Shown in pieces: positions 11,744 through 24,101 of a stretch of DNA of 64,000 nucleotides (position 1 is the first letter of the stretch; each line of letters starts with the position of its first letter). Source of the stretch: Macrostomum lignano. Lineage: Eukaryota. The position numbers were made by a program, and so were the translations under genes. The notes beneath the pieces are model-generated. The model saw only the letters and a program-made list of their open reading frames with translations, did not search any database and was not told where the DNA came from. The stretch is taken from NCBI GenBank assembly GCA_002269645.1, contig NIVC01001774.1, positions 124,001 to 188,000 of the forward strand, in the 5' to 3' direction.

Positions 11744-14700
11744 ATGCAGAGATCCACAGTCAGGCATCAGCAGAGCCTGCCACTCAGCCAGCCCTCCAAT
11801 GCTAACAGAGGTTTTGTTCTGCGGCAACAAACCTCGCTGCAGACTGCAGCTGCTGATGGTGCACCTTCGGGGCAGCAATTTGTGCAGATTGTGCAAAATT
11901 CCACAGGTGGACAGCGGCAGCCGCCTCAGGTGGTGTATCTGAGACCAGTGAGCTCTTCGAGTGCCGCACCGCCGGGCTCTGGCGCTGCGCTTCGGATGTT
12001 GGTAAGAAAGCGATGGGAATTAACAGGTGGGATTCCGCTCCACGGGCCGCCCCGAATCGGTTAAATAGCTATTCCTCATCAGAGAGTTAATGCCAAGGAC
12101 AACTTAAGTAGATATATATGTTACTTAAGTAGTCCTTGGTTAATGCTCCGGTAATACTACTCACTCTACTGAAATTTTAGCCATCGTCTTCAGTAGTACC
12201 TAATGGAGCTTTTGTTGCCAGAAGTTCGATGCGCACCCAGCAACAGCTGCAACCACGGCAGCAACTGCATCCACCGCAGCAACTGCATCCACTACAGCAA
12301 CTGCAACCACCGCAGCAACTGCAACCACCGCAGCAACTGCAACCACCACAGCAACTGCAACCACCGCAGCAACTGCATCCACCGCAGCAACTGCAACCAC
12401 CGCAGCAACTGCAACCACCCCAACAGCCACGTCAGCAGCAGCTACAGAGTTTGGCACAGTTTGTCACTATCTCTGAACCGGTGAGATAACGTTGATCTCG
12501 TGATAATTTTACCAATTAGCTACCTGTAGAATTGAGAACATCTGCCACTCAACTACCTGTAGAATTCAGACCATCTACCAATTAGCTACCTGTGGAATTG
12601 AGAACATCTACCAATCGGCTACCTGTAGAATTGAGAACAGCTACCAATCAGCTACCTGTAGAATCGAGAACAGCTACCACTCAGCTACCTGTAGAATTGA
12701 GAACAGCTACCACTCAGCTACCTGTAGAATTGAGAACATCTACCAATCAGCTACCTGTAGAATTGAGAACAGCTACCAATCAGCTACCTGTAGAATTGAG
12801 AACAGCTACCAATCAGCTACCTGTAGAATTGAGAACAACTACCACTCAGCTACCTGTAGAATTGAGAACAGCTACCACTCAGCTACCTGTAGAATTGAGA
12901 ACATCTACCAATCAGCTACCTGTAGAATTGAGAACAGCTACCAATCAGCTACCTGTAGAATTGAGAACAGCTACCAATCAGCTACCTGTAGAATCGAGAA
13001 CAGCTACCACTCAGCTACCTGTAGAATTCAGACCATCTACCAATCAGCTACCTGTAGAATTGAGAACAGCTACCAATCAGCTACCTGTAGAATCGAGAAC
13101 AGCTACCACTCAGCTACCTGTAGAATTCAGACCATCTACCAATCAGCTACCTGTGGAATTGAGAACATCTACCAATCGGCTACCTGTAGAATTGAGAACA
13201 GCTACCAATCAGCTACCTGTAGAATCGAGAACAGCTACCACTCAGCTACCTGTAGAATTCAGACCATCTACCAATCAGCTACCTGTAGAATTGAGAACAG
13301 CTACCAATCAGCTACCTGTAGAATTGAGAACAACTACCACTCAGCTACCTGTAGAATCGAGAACAGCTACCACTCAGCTACCTGTAGAATTCAGACCATC
13401 TACCAATCAGCTACCTGTAGAATTGAGAACAGCTACCAATCAGCTACCTGTAGAATTGAGAACAACTACCACTCAGCTACCTGTAGAATTGAGAACAGCT
13501 ACCACTCAGCTACCTGTAGAATTGAGAACATCTACCAATCAGCTACCTGTAGAATTGAGAACAGCTACCAATCAGCTACCTGTAGAATTGAGAACAGCTA
13601 CCAATCAGCTACCTGTAGAATTGAGAACAGCTACCAATCAGCTACCTGTAGAATCGAGAACAGCTACCACTCAGCTACCTGTAGAATTCAGACCATCTAC
13701 CAATCGGCTACCTGTAGAATTGAGAACAGCTACCACTCAGCTACCTGTAGAATTCAGAACAGCTACCAATCAGCTACCTGTAGAATCGAGAACAGCTACC
13801 ACTCAGCTACCTGTAGAATTCAGACCATCTACCAATCGGCTACCTGTAGAATTGAGAACAGCTACCACTCAGCTACCTGTAGAACTGAGAACAGCTACCA
13901 ATCGGCTACCTGTAGAACTGAGAACAGCTACCACTCAGCTACCTGTAGAATTGAGAACAGCTACCACTCAGCTACCTGTAGAAGGGCAAATAATACTAAA
14001 AAGGAGTCTACAATCGCAGGAGCCTCCACCGCCGTACTGCTTGGTGGACAGTCATCAAAGCTTCGTGCAGCAGATGCAGTTGCTCAGCCTACCGTCCCAG
14101 CCTCCGCCCTACACCGCTGTCGCTTCATCGGCAGTCCCTGCGAGTTCGCAGACTCCAAGATTTGTTTCGTACGCCCCATCCGGAGCATTCGTTCCAGCCT
14201 CGTCGGTGGCAACAGCCGTCCAGCCTCAGGCAAGGAGGGTCGCCTTGGCCCGCTGCGGCACTGCCACCAACACTGCCGGTGTCTGGCAGAGTGGGGTACA
14301 TGTTTTTCCTGCTCTTCTTTCGCTTAAGCTTTAACTGAATTCGTTGGTTTGCTCTGTTCCGCCTCTACACTCTACGCTACTCTGATGAAGTTCTCAGCTT
14401 TTTAATCGAATCTACACTCTTGCCTTCTACTCTCCACTCTACTCCTGTCTTCTACTCTCCACTCTACTCTTGTCTTTTACTCTCCACCCTACTCCTGTCT
14501 TCTACTCTCCCCCCTACTCCTGTCTTCTACTCTCCACTCTACTCCTGTCTTCTACTCTCCAACCTACTCCTGTCTTCTACTCTCCCCCCTACTCCTGTCT
14601 TCTACTCTCCACTCTACTCCTGTCTTCTACTCTCCAACCTACTCCTGTCTTCTACTCTCCCCCCTACTCCTGTCTTCTACTCTCCACTCTACTCCTGTCT

Positions 14701-17510
14701 TCTACTCTCCAACCTACTCCTGTCTTCTACTCTCCCCCCTACTCCTGTCTTCTACTCTCCACTCTACTCCTGTCTTCTACTCTCCACTCTACTCCTGTCT
14801 TCTACTCTCCAACCTACTCCTGTCTTCTACTCTCCACTCTACTCCTGTCTTCTACTCTCCACTCTACTCTTGTCTTCTACTCTCCAACCTACTCCTGTCT
14901 TCTACTCTCCACTCTACTCCTGTCTTCTACTCTCCACTCTACTCCTGTCTTCTACTCTCCAACCTACTCCTGTCTTCTACTCTCCACTCTACTCCTGTCT
15001 TCTACTCTCCACCCTACTCTGTCTTTTAATCTCCACTCTAATCTATCTTCTACTCTCTGCTCAACTGCCTTCTACTCCACTCCACTCTACTCTGTCTTCT
15101 ACTCTCCACTCTACTCCTGTCTTCTACTCTCCACCCTACTCCTGTCTTCTACTCTCCAACCTACTCTTGTCTTCTACTCTCCAACCTACTCCTGTCTTCT
15201 ACTCTCCACTCTACTCCTGTCTTCTACTCTCCACCCTACTCCTGTCTTCTACTCTCCAACCTACTCTTGTCTTCTACTCTCCAACCTACTCCTGTCTTCT
15301 ACTCTCCACTCTACTCCTGTCTTCTACTCTCCAACCTACTCTTGTCTTCTACTCTCCAACCTACTCCTGTCTTCTACTCTCCACTCTACTCCTGTCTTCT
15401 ACTCTCCACCCTACTCCAGTCTTCTACTCTCCACCCTACTCTGTCTTCTACTCTCCACCCTACTCTGTCTTCTACTCTCCACCCTACTCCTGTCTTCTAC
15501 TCTCCACCCTACTCCTGTCTTCTACTCTCCACTCTACTCCTGTCTTCTACTCTCCACCCTACTCTTGTCTTCTACTCTCCAACCTACTCTTGTCTTCTAC
15601 TCTACAACCTACTCCTGTCTTCTACTCTCCACTCTACTCCTGTCTTCTACTCTCCAACCTACTCTTGTCTTCTACTCTCCAACCTACTCCTGTCTTCTAC
15701 TCTCCACTCTACTCCTGTCTTCTACTCTCCACCCTACTCCAGTCTTCTACTCTCCACCCTACTCTGTCTTCTACTCTCCACCCTACTCTTGTCTTCTACT
15801 CTCCACCCTACTCCTGTCTTCTACTCTCCACCCTACTCCTGTCTTCTACTCTCCACCCTACTCCTGTCTTCTACTCTCCACTCTACTCCTGTCTTCTACT
15901 CTCCACCCTACTCTGTCTTCTACTCTCCACCCTACTCCTGTCTTCTACTCTCCACTCTACTCCTGTCTTCTACTCTCCACTCTACTCCTGTCTTCTACTC
16001 TCCACCCTACTCCTGTCTTCTACTCTCCACTCTACTCCTGTCTTCTACTCTCCACCCTACTCCTGTCTTCTACTCTCCACCCTACTCCTGTCTTCTACTC
16101 TCCAACCTACTCCTGTCTTCTACTCTCCACTCTACTCCTGTCTTCTACTCTCCACTCTACTCCTGTCTTCTACTCTCCACCCTACTCTGTCTTTTAATCT
16201 CCACTCTAATCTATCTTCTACTCTCTGCTCAACTGCCTTCTACTCCACTCCACTCTACTCTGTCTTCTAATTTTCTCTACTGCCTACTCCATCTTCTACT
16301 CCACTCTACTCTGTCTTCTACTCCACTCTATTGCCTTCTACTCTACACTACTGTCTTCTACTCTCTGCTCAACTGTCTTCTACTCCACTTCACTCTACCT
16401 GTTTTCTAATTTTCTCTACTGTCTACTCCATCTTCTACTCCACTCTAATCTGTATTCTACTCCACTCCACTGTTTTCTACTCTCTGCTCAACTGTCTTCT
16501 ACTCCACTCCACTCTACTCTGTTTTCTACTCTACTCTACTCTGTCTTCTACTTTATATTCTACAGTACCTTGTATTTTATACTATTCTCACCTGTCAACT
16601 CTACACTGTAAGAGCGTACCTTCTGCCATATAAAATTTATAGTTCCTCTGCAGTCATAGCTACGATACAGTCTATTAAGTGCTGTTTTGATACACTATAT
16701 ACTCGTATTTTACGAGCTGCTTTTAAACCAATAGCATCAGTTAAATGTCTGGTCAAAATATTTTTCTACTTTCCAATCATTATTCAAGGCTGCAACCAGT
16801 GTTGCAAAAACCATCACGACTATTGCATCATCGGCTGGTGCTGATGGACACAGCAGCCTTCCAAGGATTGTACTTTTAAAGTCCACTGGTGGTTCAACTT
16901 CTGCGCCTGCGGCGGTTATGGCGGCTCCAACTGGTGTCCGCTCTGCTTGTTTGTCTTCAGCAGCGTCTACTCAGGTTTGTCATTTTTTCTCCGCTCTTTG
17001 ATTGGTTGGCTTCAGGCTGTTAATTAATTAATTAGCTTTTCACCATCATCCGCTCTGTTTTCGCAGCCAATTGCTTCGACTCTAGCCAACAGCAGCAGAA
17101 GCAGTGGTCTTACTGCACAGTCAGACTCTCCTGAGCCGTCTGCACCTCCGCCGCCAGAGAATTTTATCACTTGTTCGGTGCGTCTTGCCCACATTCACCT
17201 CACTTCCCTTCTATCCCTTACCCCTAGGCTGACTGCAGAGCCAACACCCACCCCACTCCCTTTCCGTCCCTTACCCTTAGGCCGACTTCAAGGCCAACAC
17301 CCACCCCACTCTCTTTCGTCCCTTACCCCTAGGCTGACTTCAGAGCCAACATGCACCCCATTCCCCTTCTGTCCCTCACCCCAAAGATAGAGCCACCACG
17401 CACCCCACTCCGCCTCCCGATTCGGTCAGGTTCAGCTCCGGTCAACAGCTTCCTCGGTATGCGTTCCGACTGCTTTTCTGCGAACTGTGACAGTGCAGCA
17501 ACCACCAATA

Positions 17511-17557
<47 letters not shown>

Positions 17558-18041
17558 GCAGTCGCAATTGGAGCAGCCAGAGCAAGATAAGCAAGACCAA
17601 AAGAAGAAAATCAACAAAAAGAAAATAAAACAGCAAAAATCTCTGCCTGAAGACGTCGCTGCCGCCGCCGCTGCCGCCGCCGCTGCCGCCGCCGCTACCA
17701 GCTCTGACGCTGATGAATCAGCGGAGAAGCGTCGCATCACAGCCCAGCTGCTCAAGTGCGACCGCTGCCAAAGCGACTTCAGCTGTCTGCACCCGATTCA
17801 AAAGCCACAGCCGAGACCAAACGCAGACTTGGCAGCCGACGATCGATCGGACGACGGTTTGGCTTCCGAAGACGACGAGGACGAGCTCATGTGCGGGCGC
17901 TGCAGCTCCAGGATCAGCTTATCTAGCAGGCTCGGCTACTGGCAGCGGCACCGGCTGCCGGACACCGTTGCCGCTCTGCGCGACTTGTTCAAAGGCCAGC
18001 TGTCTAGCGGTCGGAGCCGCCAGCCCTTCCAGATGGTCAAG
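11744..18041 (+). CDS. Q/P/S-rich protein with PPxY motifs and a C-terminal C4 zinc finger resembling GATAD2/p66 CR2; exons 11744-12001, 12181-12480, 14020-14229 (or -14295), 16789-16974, 17067-17177, 17430-18041
   Basis: Six open exons linked by phase-0 introns; CDRCQSDFSC...LMCGRC resembles GATAD2 CAQCKTDFTC...IMCENC (recalled) with a long acidic insert; start codon, the exon-3 donor and the 3' end are uncertain. Confidence 0.65.
12238..12440 (+). repeat. Coding 18-bp repeat (CAGCAACTGCAACCACCG, QQLQPP) inside exon 12181-12480
   Basis: In-frame repeat between acceptor TTTTAG|12181 and donor CCG|GTGAG 12481. Confidence 0.8.
12510..13983. repeat. 33-bp minisatellite (CAGCTACCTGTAGAATTGAGAACAGCTACCAAT), about 44 copies
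   Basis: Direct periodicity; open in the frame of the downstream exon. Confidence 0.97.
14400..16560. repeat. 25-bp C/T-rich intronic minisatellite (CTACTCCTGTCTTCTACTCTCCACT), roughly 85 copies, decaying at the 3' end
   Basis: Direct periodicity. Confidence 0.97.
17205..17400. repeat. Approximately 55-bp degenerate tandem repeat (3-4 copies) in intron 17178-17429
   Basis: CCTTACCCCTAGGCTGACT.CAGAGCCAACA recurs. Confidence 0.7.
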
Positions 18042-18055
18042 GTTGGTGCTGTTGC

Positions 18056-18057
<2 letters not shown>

Positions 18058-18101
<44 letters not shown>

Positions 18102-21100
18102 GATGCCAACCACCTAACGTCAATGGCTAGGGGCCTCCTCCCTGGCCCCCCATGGTGGGTGGCCTCTCCACCACTCCCAATAATTCAAGCTTACTCCGGC
18201 TGTTCACAGACCGCCCGAAGGCCACTGTAACACCACGCCCTCCTCCTTCCATCCGTCGCCGGGCAGTCCCAGACATGCTGCATTGTCTCGTCTTCCATGC
18301 CGCAGCAACGGCATAATTGCTTTCGTCCTGGAGCCCTATCCTCTTCCTGTAGGCTGCCAATTCGGTTGAGTGGCCAGTCCGCATTCTTCTGAAGCTCACC
18401 TCCTCCCTCCTGCTGCTGAACCACGGGTCCCTATTCCTACCACACGTGCTCTCGTACACCCTCAACATTCTCTCCTGTCTCCAGCCACTTATCCGCGTAC
18501 CATACCGCCTCGCTCTTTTCGCCACCGTGCTAGCCATCGCTCTAGTGCCATCATGCTTCACCTCTCCTACCGCTTCGCAGCCACCTCGTCCGCCTCCTCA
18601 TTTCCTCTGATTCCGCAGTGACTATAGGGATCTAGAGCAGGATCAACAGCTTCCCCGCCTGGTCCAGCTTGCCGAACTCTTCTCTGATGAGCTTTACCAG
18701 CGGGTTTCTGCCACCTTTGCTGACCATCTGGAGGCCACTCTTGGTATTTGTACATAACACCGCTTTCGTCCAACTATACCGCGTTTCTATCAGCCATCTT
18801 GTCGCTTCCCAAATAGCGTAGAGCTCCGCTTGCGTCGACGATGCGATCCTGCCTCCCGACACTTTCCTAGACGCCAGGGTCCGCTCCAAGTCGCCACTCT
18901 TCGCAACCATTCCGCCACCTTCGGCTCCATAGTCGTTCACTCGACCGTCCGTGAAAATAACGACATTCGCCCCTTCGCTGGCTTCCTTGATGCCAGCGGT
19001 GCCTAGTTTTCTGCAATCCTCTTCCTCGGCCGGCCGGGAGCCTTCCGCTTGGATCGACACACCCTCCACGTTATTCCTGGTCTTTCTTTTACCACGTCCT
19101 CGAACCTTGTTATATCCAGCTGCCACATCTTCATCAACTCCGAAGCCCACCAGTTCCAGCACCGCCTATTCAAGCGGCTACTCCCTCTGTCTTCCGACAA
19201 TCTCCTTCTGATCGAGCCATCTCTACACCTGAGCATTCTATCCAGCTTCTGGACAGCTCTACAGCTCGCCAGCCCACGGAGCTCCATCGGTGCCGCTCTC
19301 TTCCCTGACTCCCTCGATCGGCGTTGTAGCCATCAGACCTCCAATCACTCTCGTAGCTCTTCTCTGGAGCACTTCCAGCTTAGCCCAGCTCTCCTCTCCA
19401 AGCCACGGCATCCAGACAGTCGATCCATACATAATTTTACTCTCAACAATCGCCTCGTGCTTGCTTTGCCAACCCCAGTCGCTGCCCGCCAGCTTCCTGA
19501 GCAGCTAGACGCATCCCTTACAGGCCTAGCAGATCTCTTGCACGTGCTTACCGAAACTCAGCTTACTATCATAGGTAACGCCTAGGAATTTAGGGTTCTT
19601 TTCCCAAATCAGGCTTCCCTCTCAGGCTGATGACCACTTCGCTAGGGATACGCTTTCGCCCGCTAACACTGAACAGAGTCAAAGTGCATTTACTGGGAGC
19701 CACCGGCAACAGCCACCTTTTGCTCCAGTCTTCCACCAGCTCTATCACCTCCTTAATCTTCACCGCAGCTCTTCTGCTATTGTTCTCACACGCCCAAGCC
19801 GCCAGGTCATCTGCGAACCCGCTCACTTCAACACCTTCCATTGCCCCTATCTCCTCCAACAGGTCGTCAATGAAAATCAGGAACAGGACCGGCGACAGCA
19901 CGGAGCCCTGTGGCAGCATTTGCTTCAAACACACAACCGTGCCATCTCTATCCTGATAGCGGACGACCGCTAGCCGGTTTGCCAGCCAATTTCTGATCCA
20001 TTTCACCATTCGTCTTGCTCAATCCTTTCTGTAACGCTTTCTATGGAAGCCCATGCCTTCACACCTTATCGAACGCCCTTTCAAAGTCCACCAGGGTCAG
20101 GACTCCGCCGTCCCCTCTCTGGAGGGCATCTTCCATCGCCTGAGAGAGTCTGAGGAGCTGGTTGATCATCTTCCCACCCGGAATACCGCTTGACTGTCAC
20201 TGAGGCCCTTCCTTTCCAAGTAGAATTGCATTCTGCTCGCCAATATCATTTCCATCCATTTTCCTACGCAGGACGCGAGGCATACCGGTCTATACGACCC
20301 GACCTCTGCTGCATCCTTTCCTGGCTTGAGCAGCGGGATAATGCGCCTTCTCCTCCAGCTTTGTGGGACGACCGCACTGCTATACGACCAGTTAAACAGC
20401 TCGTGGTAGACCTCAATCATACTATCAGGCAGCTCCTTGGGCAGCTTAGGGTGGATCCCTTCAGGGCCAGCTGCTTTGTTGCCGTCCAAATCCTTCATGC
20501 TGAGCTCACTGCTCTCACTCGTGTCTGGTCCCTCCTCGCTCAACATTTGAGACACCTGCCGTTTCGCCCATCTATGGCTTCTGGGGACACGCACGTGGCT
20601 GACCCTCGCGTATTCTCTCGGAAATGCTCCCGCTTTGGCTCCATCCCATCTGTACTCCTTGCCGCCGTGCTCGAGGACCCTGCTCTTTTCATCTCCGATC
20701 TTGCCCTTAATTTGGTTGAGCACTCTCCACATCTTTAACGATGTCGCATTAGCTTCTAGGTGTTGCCGCCATTCCTGTCTCTTCTTCCCGCTGATCATTT
20801 CCTTGGCTTTGCAATCGAGCTCCGTCCAACGTTCGTCGTTCCCTTCCTTCCTCGCCCTGTTTCTTTCTTCAAGCATCAGCTGGACCTCCTCGTCAACCAG
20901 GTTTCTATTCCTGGATACATTTCCTCGCTGCCGCCAGGATGACTTGCCTCGCACCGGCTTCCACGCCTGCAACGCTGCTACAGTTGAATCTGTACTCTCT
21001 GCATCCTTTATCAATTTGTTCTCTGAACGCCTGCCAATCGGCCTTCTTCCAATTCCAGCGGACAATCCGCCTAGCTTTGGTTTCGGAATCTCTACCGCCA

Positions 21101-22131
21101 GCCTGCATCACTATAGGAAGATGGTCAGAGCTCAGCTTCTGGAGGGTGCTCCAGGACCACGACTGCTCCTTAGAGCCGTGACAGAAGGTGACGTCGAGAG
21201 CTGACCGCACTCCTGTGCCCTTTCCCACCCTCGTGGCAAGGCCGTCATTCAGACACACCATGCCTCTGTCGTCCGCCCATTCAACCAGCGTCGACCCCCT
21301 CACCTCCTCGTCTATCATGCCATCCCAGACCTCGTCATACGCATTGAAGTCTCCTCCTACTAACCTTTTCTCCCCTCCAGGCAATGTGTACAGCGCATCT
21401 CTCCAGCTTCCGTCTTCGCCCGGGGCATGTAGCGGTTTAGCACGCTCAGCTTCTCCGCCATCGCTTCAAGCCTCCCTCCAGCACTCTCTTCTGGGACTCT
21501 CAGACTCCTATAGCACAGTCTCTCTCTAATTAAAATGGCCCGGCCTCCGCCTCTCGCCTTCCAGCATCCCCTCCACTCTGCGCCTGCCGCGTCTCAACAG
21601 CGCGTACCCTGGAAAGACGGGGTCCGGGTCCGCAGCCCTCAGCTTCGTTTCCTGTATCAGCGCAATGTCCATCACCTCCTCCTCCAGCAGGTTAGCTAGC
21701 TCGGCTGTTTTAGTGTGCAGGTGGTCGCAGTTTCACTGAAGCACCCTCCAGCTGGGTAGCTTTCCGGCGGCAGTGTCACATTCTATAGCGTTCCCGCCAC
21801 CCCTCTCTCAGCCTCTCTCTTGCTTCCGGCACGATCTGCAAGGTCCGAGACGCATTCCCTGCATTTCCACCCACCGCTAGATCTCCAGCCGTCTAAACGC
21901 TTTCTACTCACTTCCCCAACGCAGCACCAATGCATCCTCTTAGAACACAGCGCGCAGCACGCTCCGACGTTCTTTCTACAGTAACGGAGACATTCCGCAC
22001 AGCGGACCGCTTTATAGTTTGGTAAATTGGCATTATGTCCTCTTTCGTTCGGCAGTTGACTCTGACGAGCTCCCGCCTTAACACAGCACGCCACGTGAAA
22101 GCTTGAGGACTGTGCTGCAATCCTTCCTTTT
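18058..22131 (-). mobile_element. Near full-length I-group/Ingi-like LINE (PHD finger, APE, RT, RNase H, C-terminal knuckle), disrupted by frameshifts and stops
   Basis: PHD-like Cys cluster (21783-22094); APE motifs IQETK, GGDFNA, SSDHLPI; RT motifs SYRPVCLAS, LPQGSVLSP, FADD; RNase H IFTDG, AELYAI, HCGIRGNEEAD; (AAC)n tail at about 18058-18101; 16-bp TSD GTTGGTGCTGTTGCTG at 18042-18057 and 22132-22147; clade assignment tentative. Confidence 0.93.
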
Positions 22132-22381
22132 GTTGGTGCTGTTGCTGGTGTGTGTGTAAATCAGTATCCCTCAGGGTGCCTGTTAAAGAAACTCCTCATG
22201 TAATTTCTGATGGCTCTCTTTCATAGCAAGTGTTTCTCAAATGGTGACCTTTTGAAGGCCGATTTTTCTAAAAAAAATACTTTTTTACAATGTTATGTTT
22301 AAAAAAGCTGCTAGTAGAAATGCGGTTATTTTATTCTCGAATTTTCTATCAATTTAAACAAAACCGTGAACCACCGTCCAG

Positions 22382-22897
22382 GTGTACGACATTGACGAGT
22401 TGACCACCGGCTGTCAGGTGGCGTTCCGCCGCAGCCTCGGCTACTACCATCACGCCATCGTGGCCGACGTTGGCGCCGAGTTCTTCGACTCGATCGAGTA
22501 CGACTTCCAGTTGCGCCGAGGTGGCGGCAGTTCCGGAGACGGCGGCGGCAGGACCTGCGTGCGCCGGCGTAGCCGGGAGTTTAAGCGGGAGCAGCCGAGC
22601 CTCTATAGGGTGGACTACCACAGCCTCGACTGCTATGCGCCGGACATTGTAGTTGACAGGGCCAATAGAAGGCTGAACGAGACACAGTACAGTCTCATTA
22701 GGAGCAACTGCGAGCACCTGGCTGTGTGGGCCAAAACCGGCGCCTGGGAGTCCTATCAGCTGCGCCAGCTCGAGCAGAAGCTGACTAGGAGCGGTGGCGA
22801 GAGTCAGTCCGTTCGGGTGGAACCCATTCTCATCCGGGATCCCGAACAGGAGGAGGCCGGGGAGAGAACCCGCAGCAACCGGCCGCTGCAGGTCTGA
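22382..22897 (+). CDS. Exon encoding an LRAT/HRASLS-type (permuted NlpC/P60) acyltransferase domain
   Basis: YYHHAIV (catalytic His region) and YSLIRSNCEHLAVWAKTG (NCEH motif); starts at acceptor CCAG|22382, phase 0; no internal Met, so an upstream exon is needed. Confidence 0.85.
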   Translation: MYDIDELTTGCQVAFRRSLGYYHHAIVADVGAEFFDSIEYDFQLRRGGGSSGDGGGRTCVRRRSREFKREQPSLYRVDYHSLDCYAPDIVVDRANRRLNETQYSLIRSNCEHLAVWAKTGAWESYQLRQLEQKLTRSGGESQSVRVEPILIRDPEQEEAGERTRSNRPLQV

Positions 22898-23377
22898 GTG
22901 CAGGTACACTTTAAATTGAGTGTCAGTTTAAACTTTATTGCATAATACATATGACAACCTCTATTGGTTGGTCAGTTCCATTAGTGCCCTCCCTCTCTCT
23001 TGTCTCTGATTGGTCAGTTCCATTCATTCTCTCTCTCTCTCTCCCTCTCTCTCCCTCTTAAATGTGCACAATTGCACAGTGTTTTTGGATTTCGCCGTTT
23101 TAAAAAACTGACTACCCATTCTCTTACGGTGTCGTTGGGTCATTATTAAAGAAATTTGATGTTATTTTTTGTAACAAATCCTTTGTGTGCCGTCTGTGCG
23201 AGTACTGCTCAAAATTTGAAGTTCAGTTTTTTGTTTAAAAAATATTTTTATTTGTTTAATAATAAACTGTCTCGTATCATATCGGTGCTTAGAGCTTTCT
23301 GTCTTATACGATAGCAACAATAGCAATACGAAATGAAAAATAGTTCATCTATTTAGGCCTTAATTTTTTCTGCTTGC

Positions 23378-23747
<370 letters not shown>

Positions 23748-24101
23748 GTTGATAATGTTGATAATGTTGATCTACATAGCGATTATGCCCTCACAAGTCT
23801 GTTACAACAAAGGTTAAAGCATTCGGAGGAAGAAGAGGAACTTTTTGAGGTGTTTGCCACGTCAGAACATGACAGCATCCAAGAATTCGTCAAGTTTCAG
23901 GCACGTTGGAGTTGGGACTCCAACCACGTGACTCTGGTTGTTTTCCTAGGCAGAAAGCTTATTTGCAAGAGCTTAAAAGTAAAAATGAATGCATGATTTT
24001 TTGACGCCTTGGGCAACTTGGCCCGCGCCTTGGGTAACTTATTGTGATTATGTGCTACAAAGTAGCTCGTATAAAGCAGATTTTATAATTAAATACGAGC
24101 G

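Noticed and set aside
21961-22131. 2A-like (DxExNPGP) peptide or HDV-like ribozyme at the LINE 5' end, as in L1Tc/Ingi
   Set aside because: No NPGP motif in any frame I read, and I could not establish a ribozyme fold by eye
23770-23995. Open stretch LHSDYALTSLLQQRLKHSEEEEELFEVF...
   Set aside because: No start codon or splice sites that link it to a gene, and no recognisable domain
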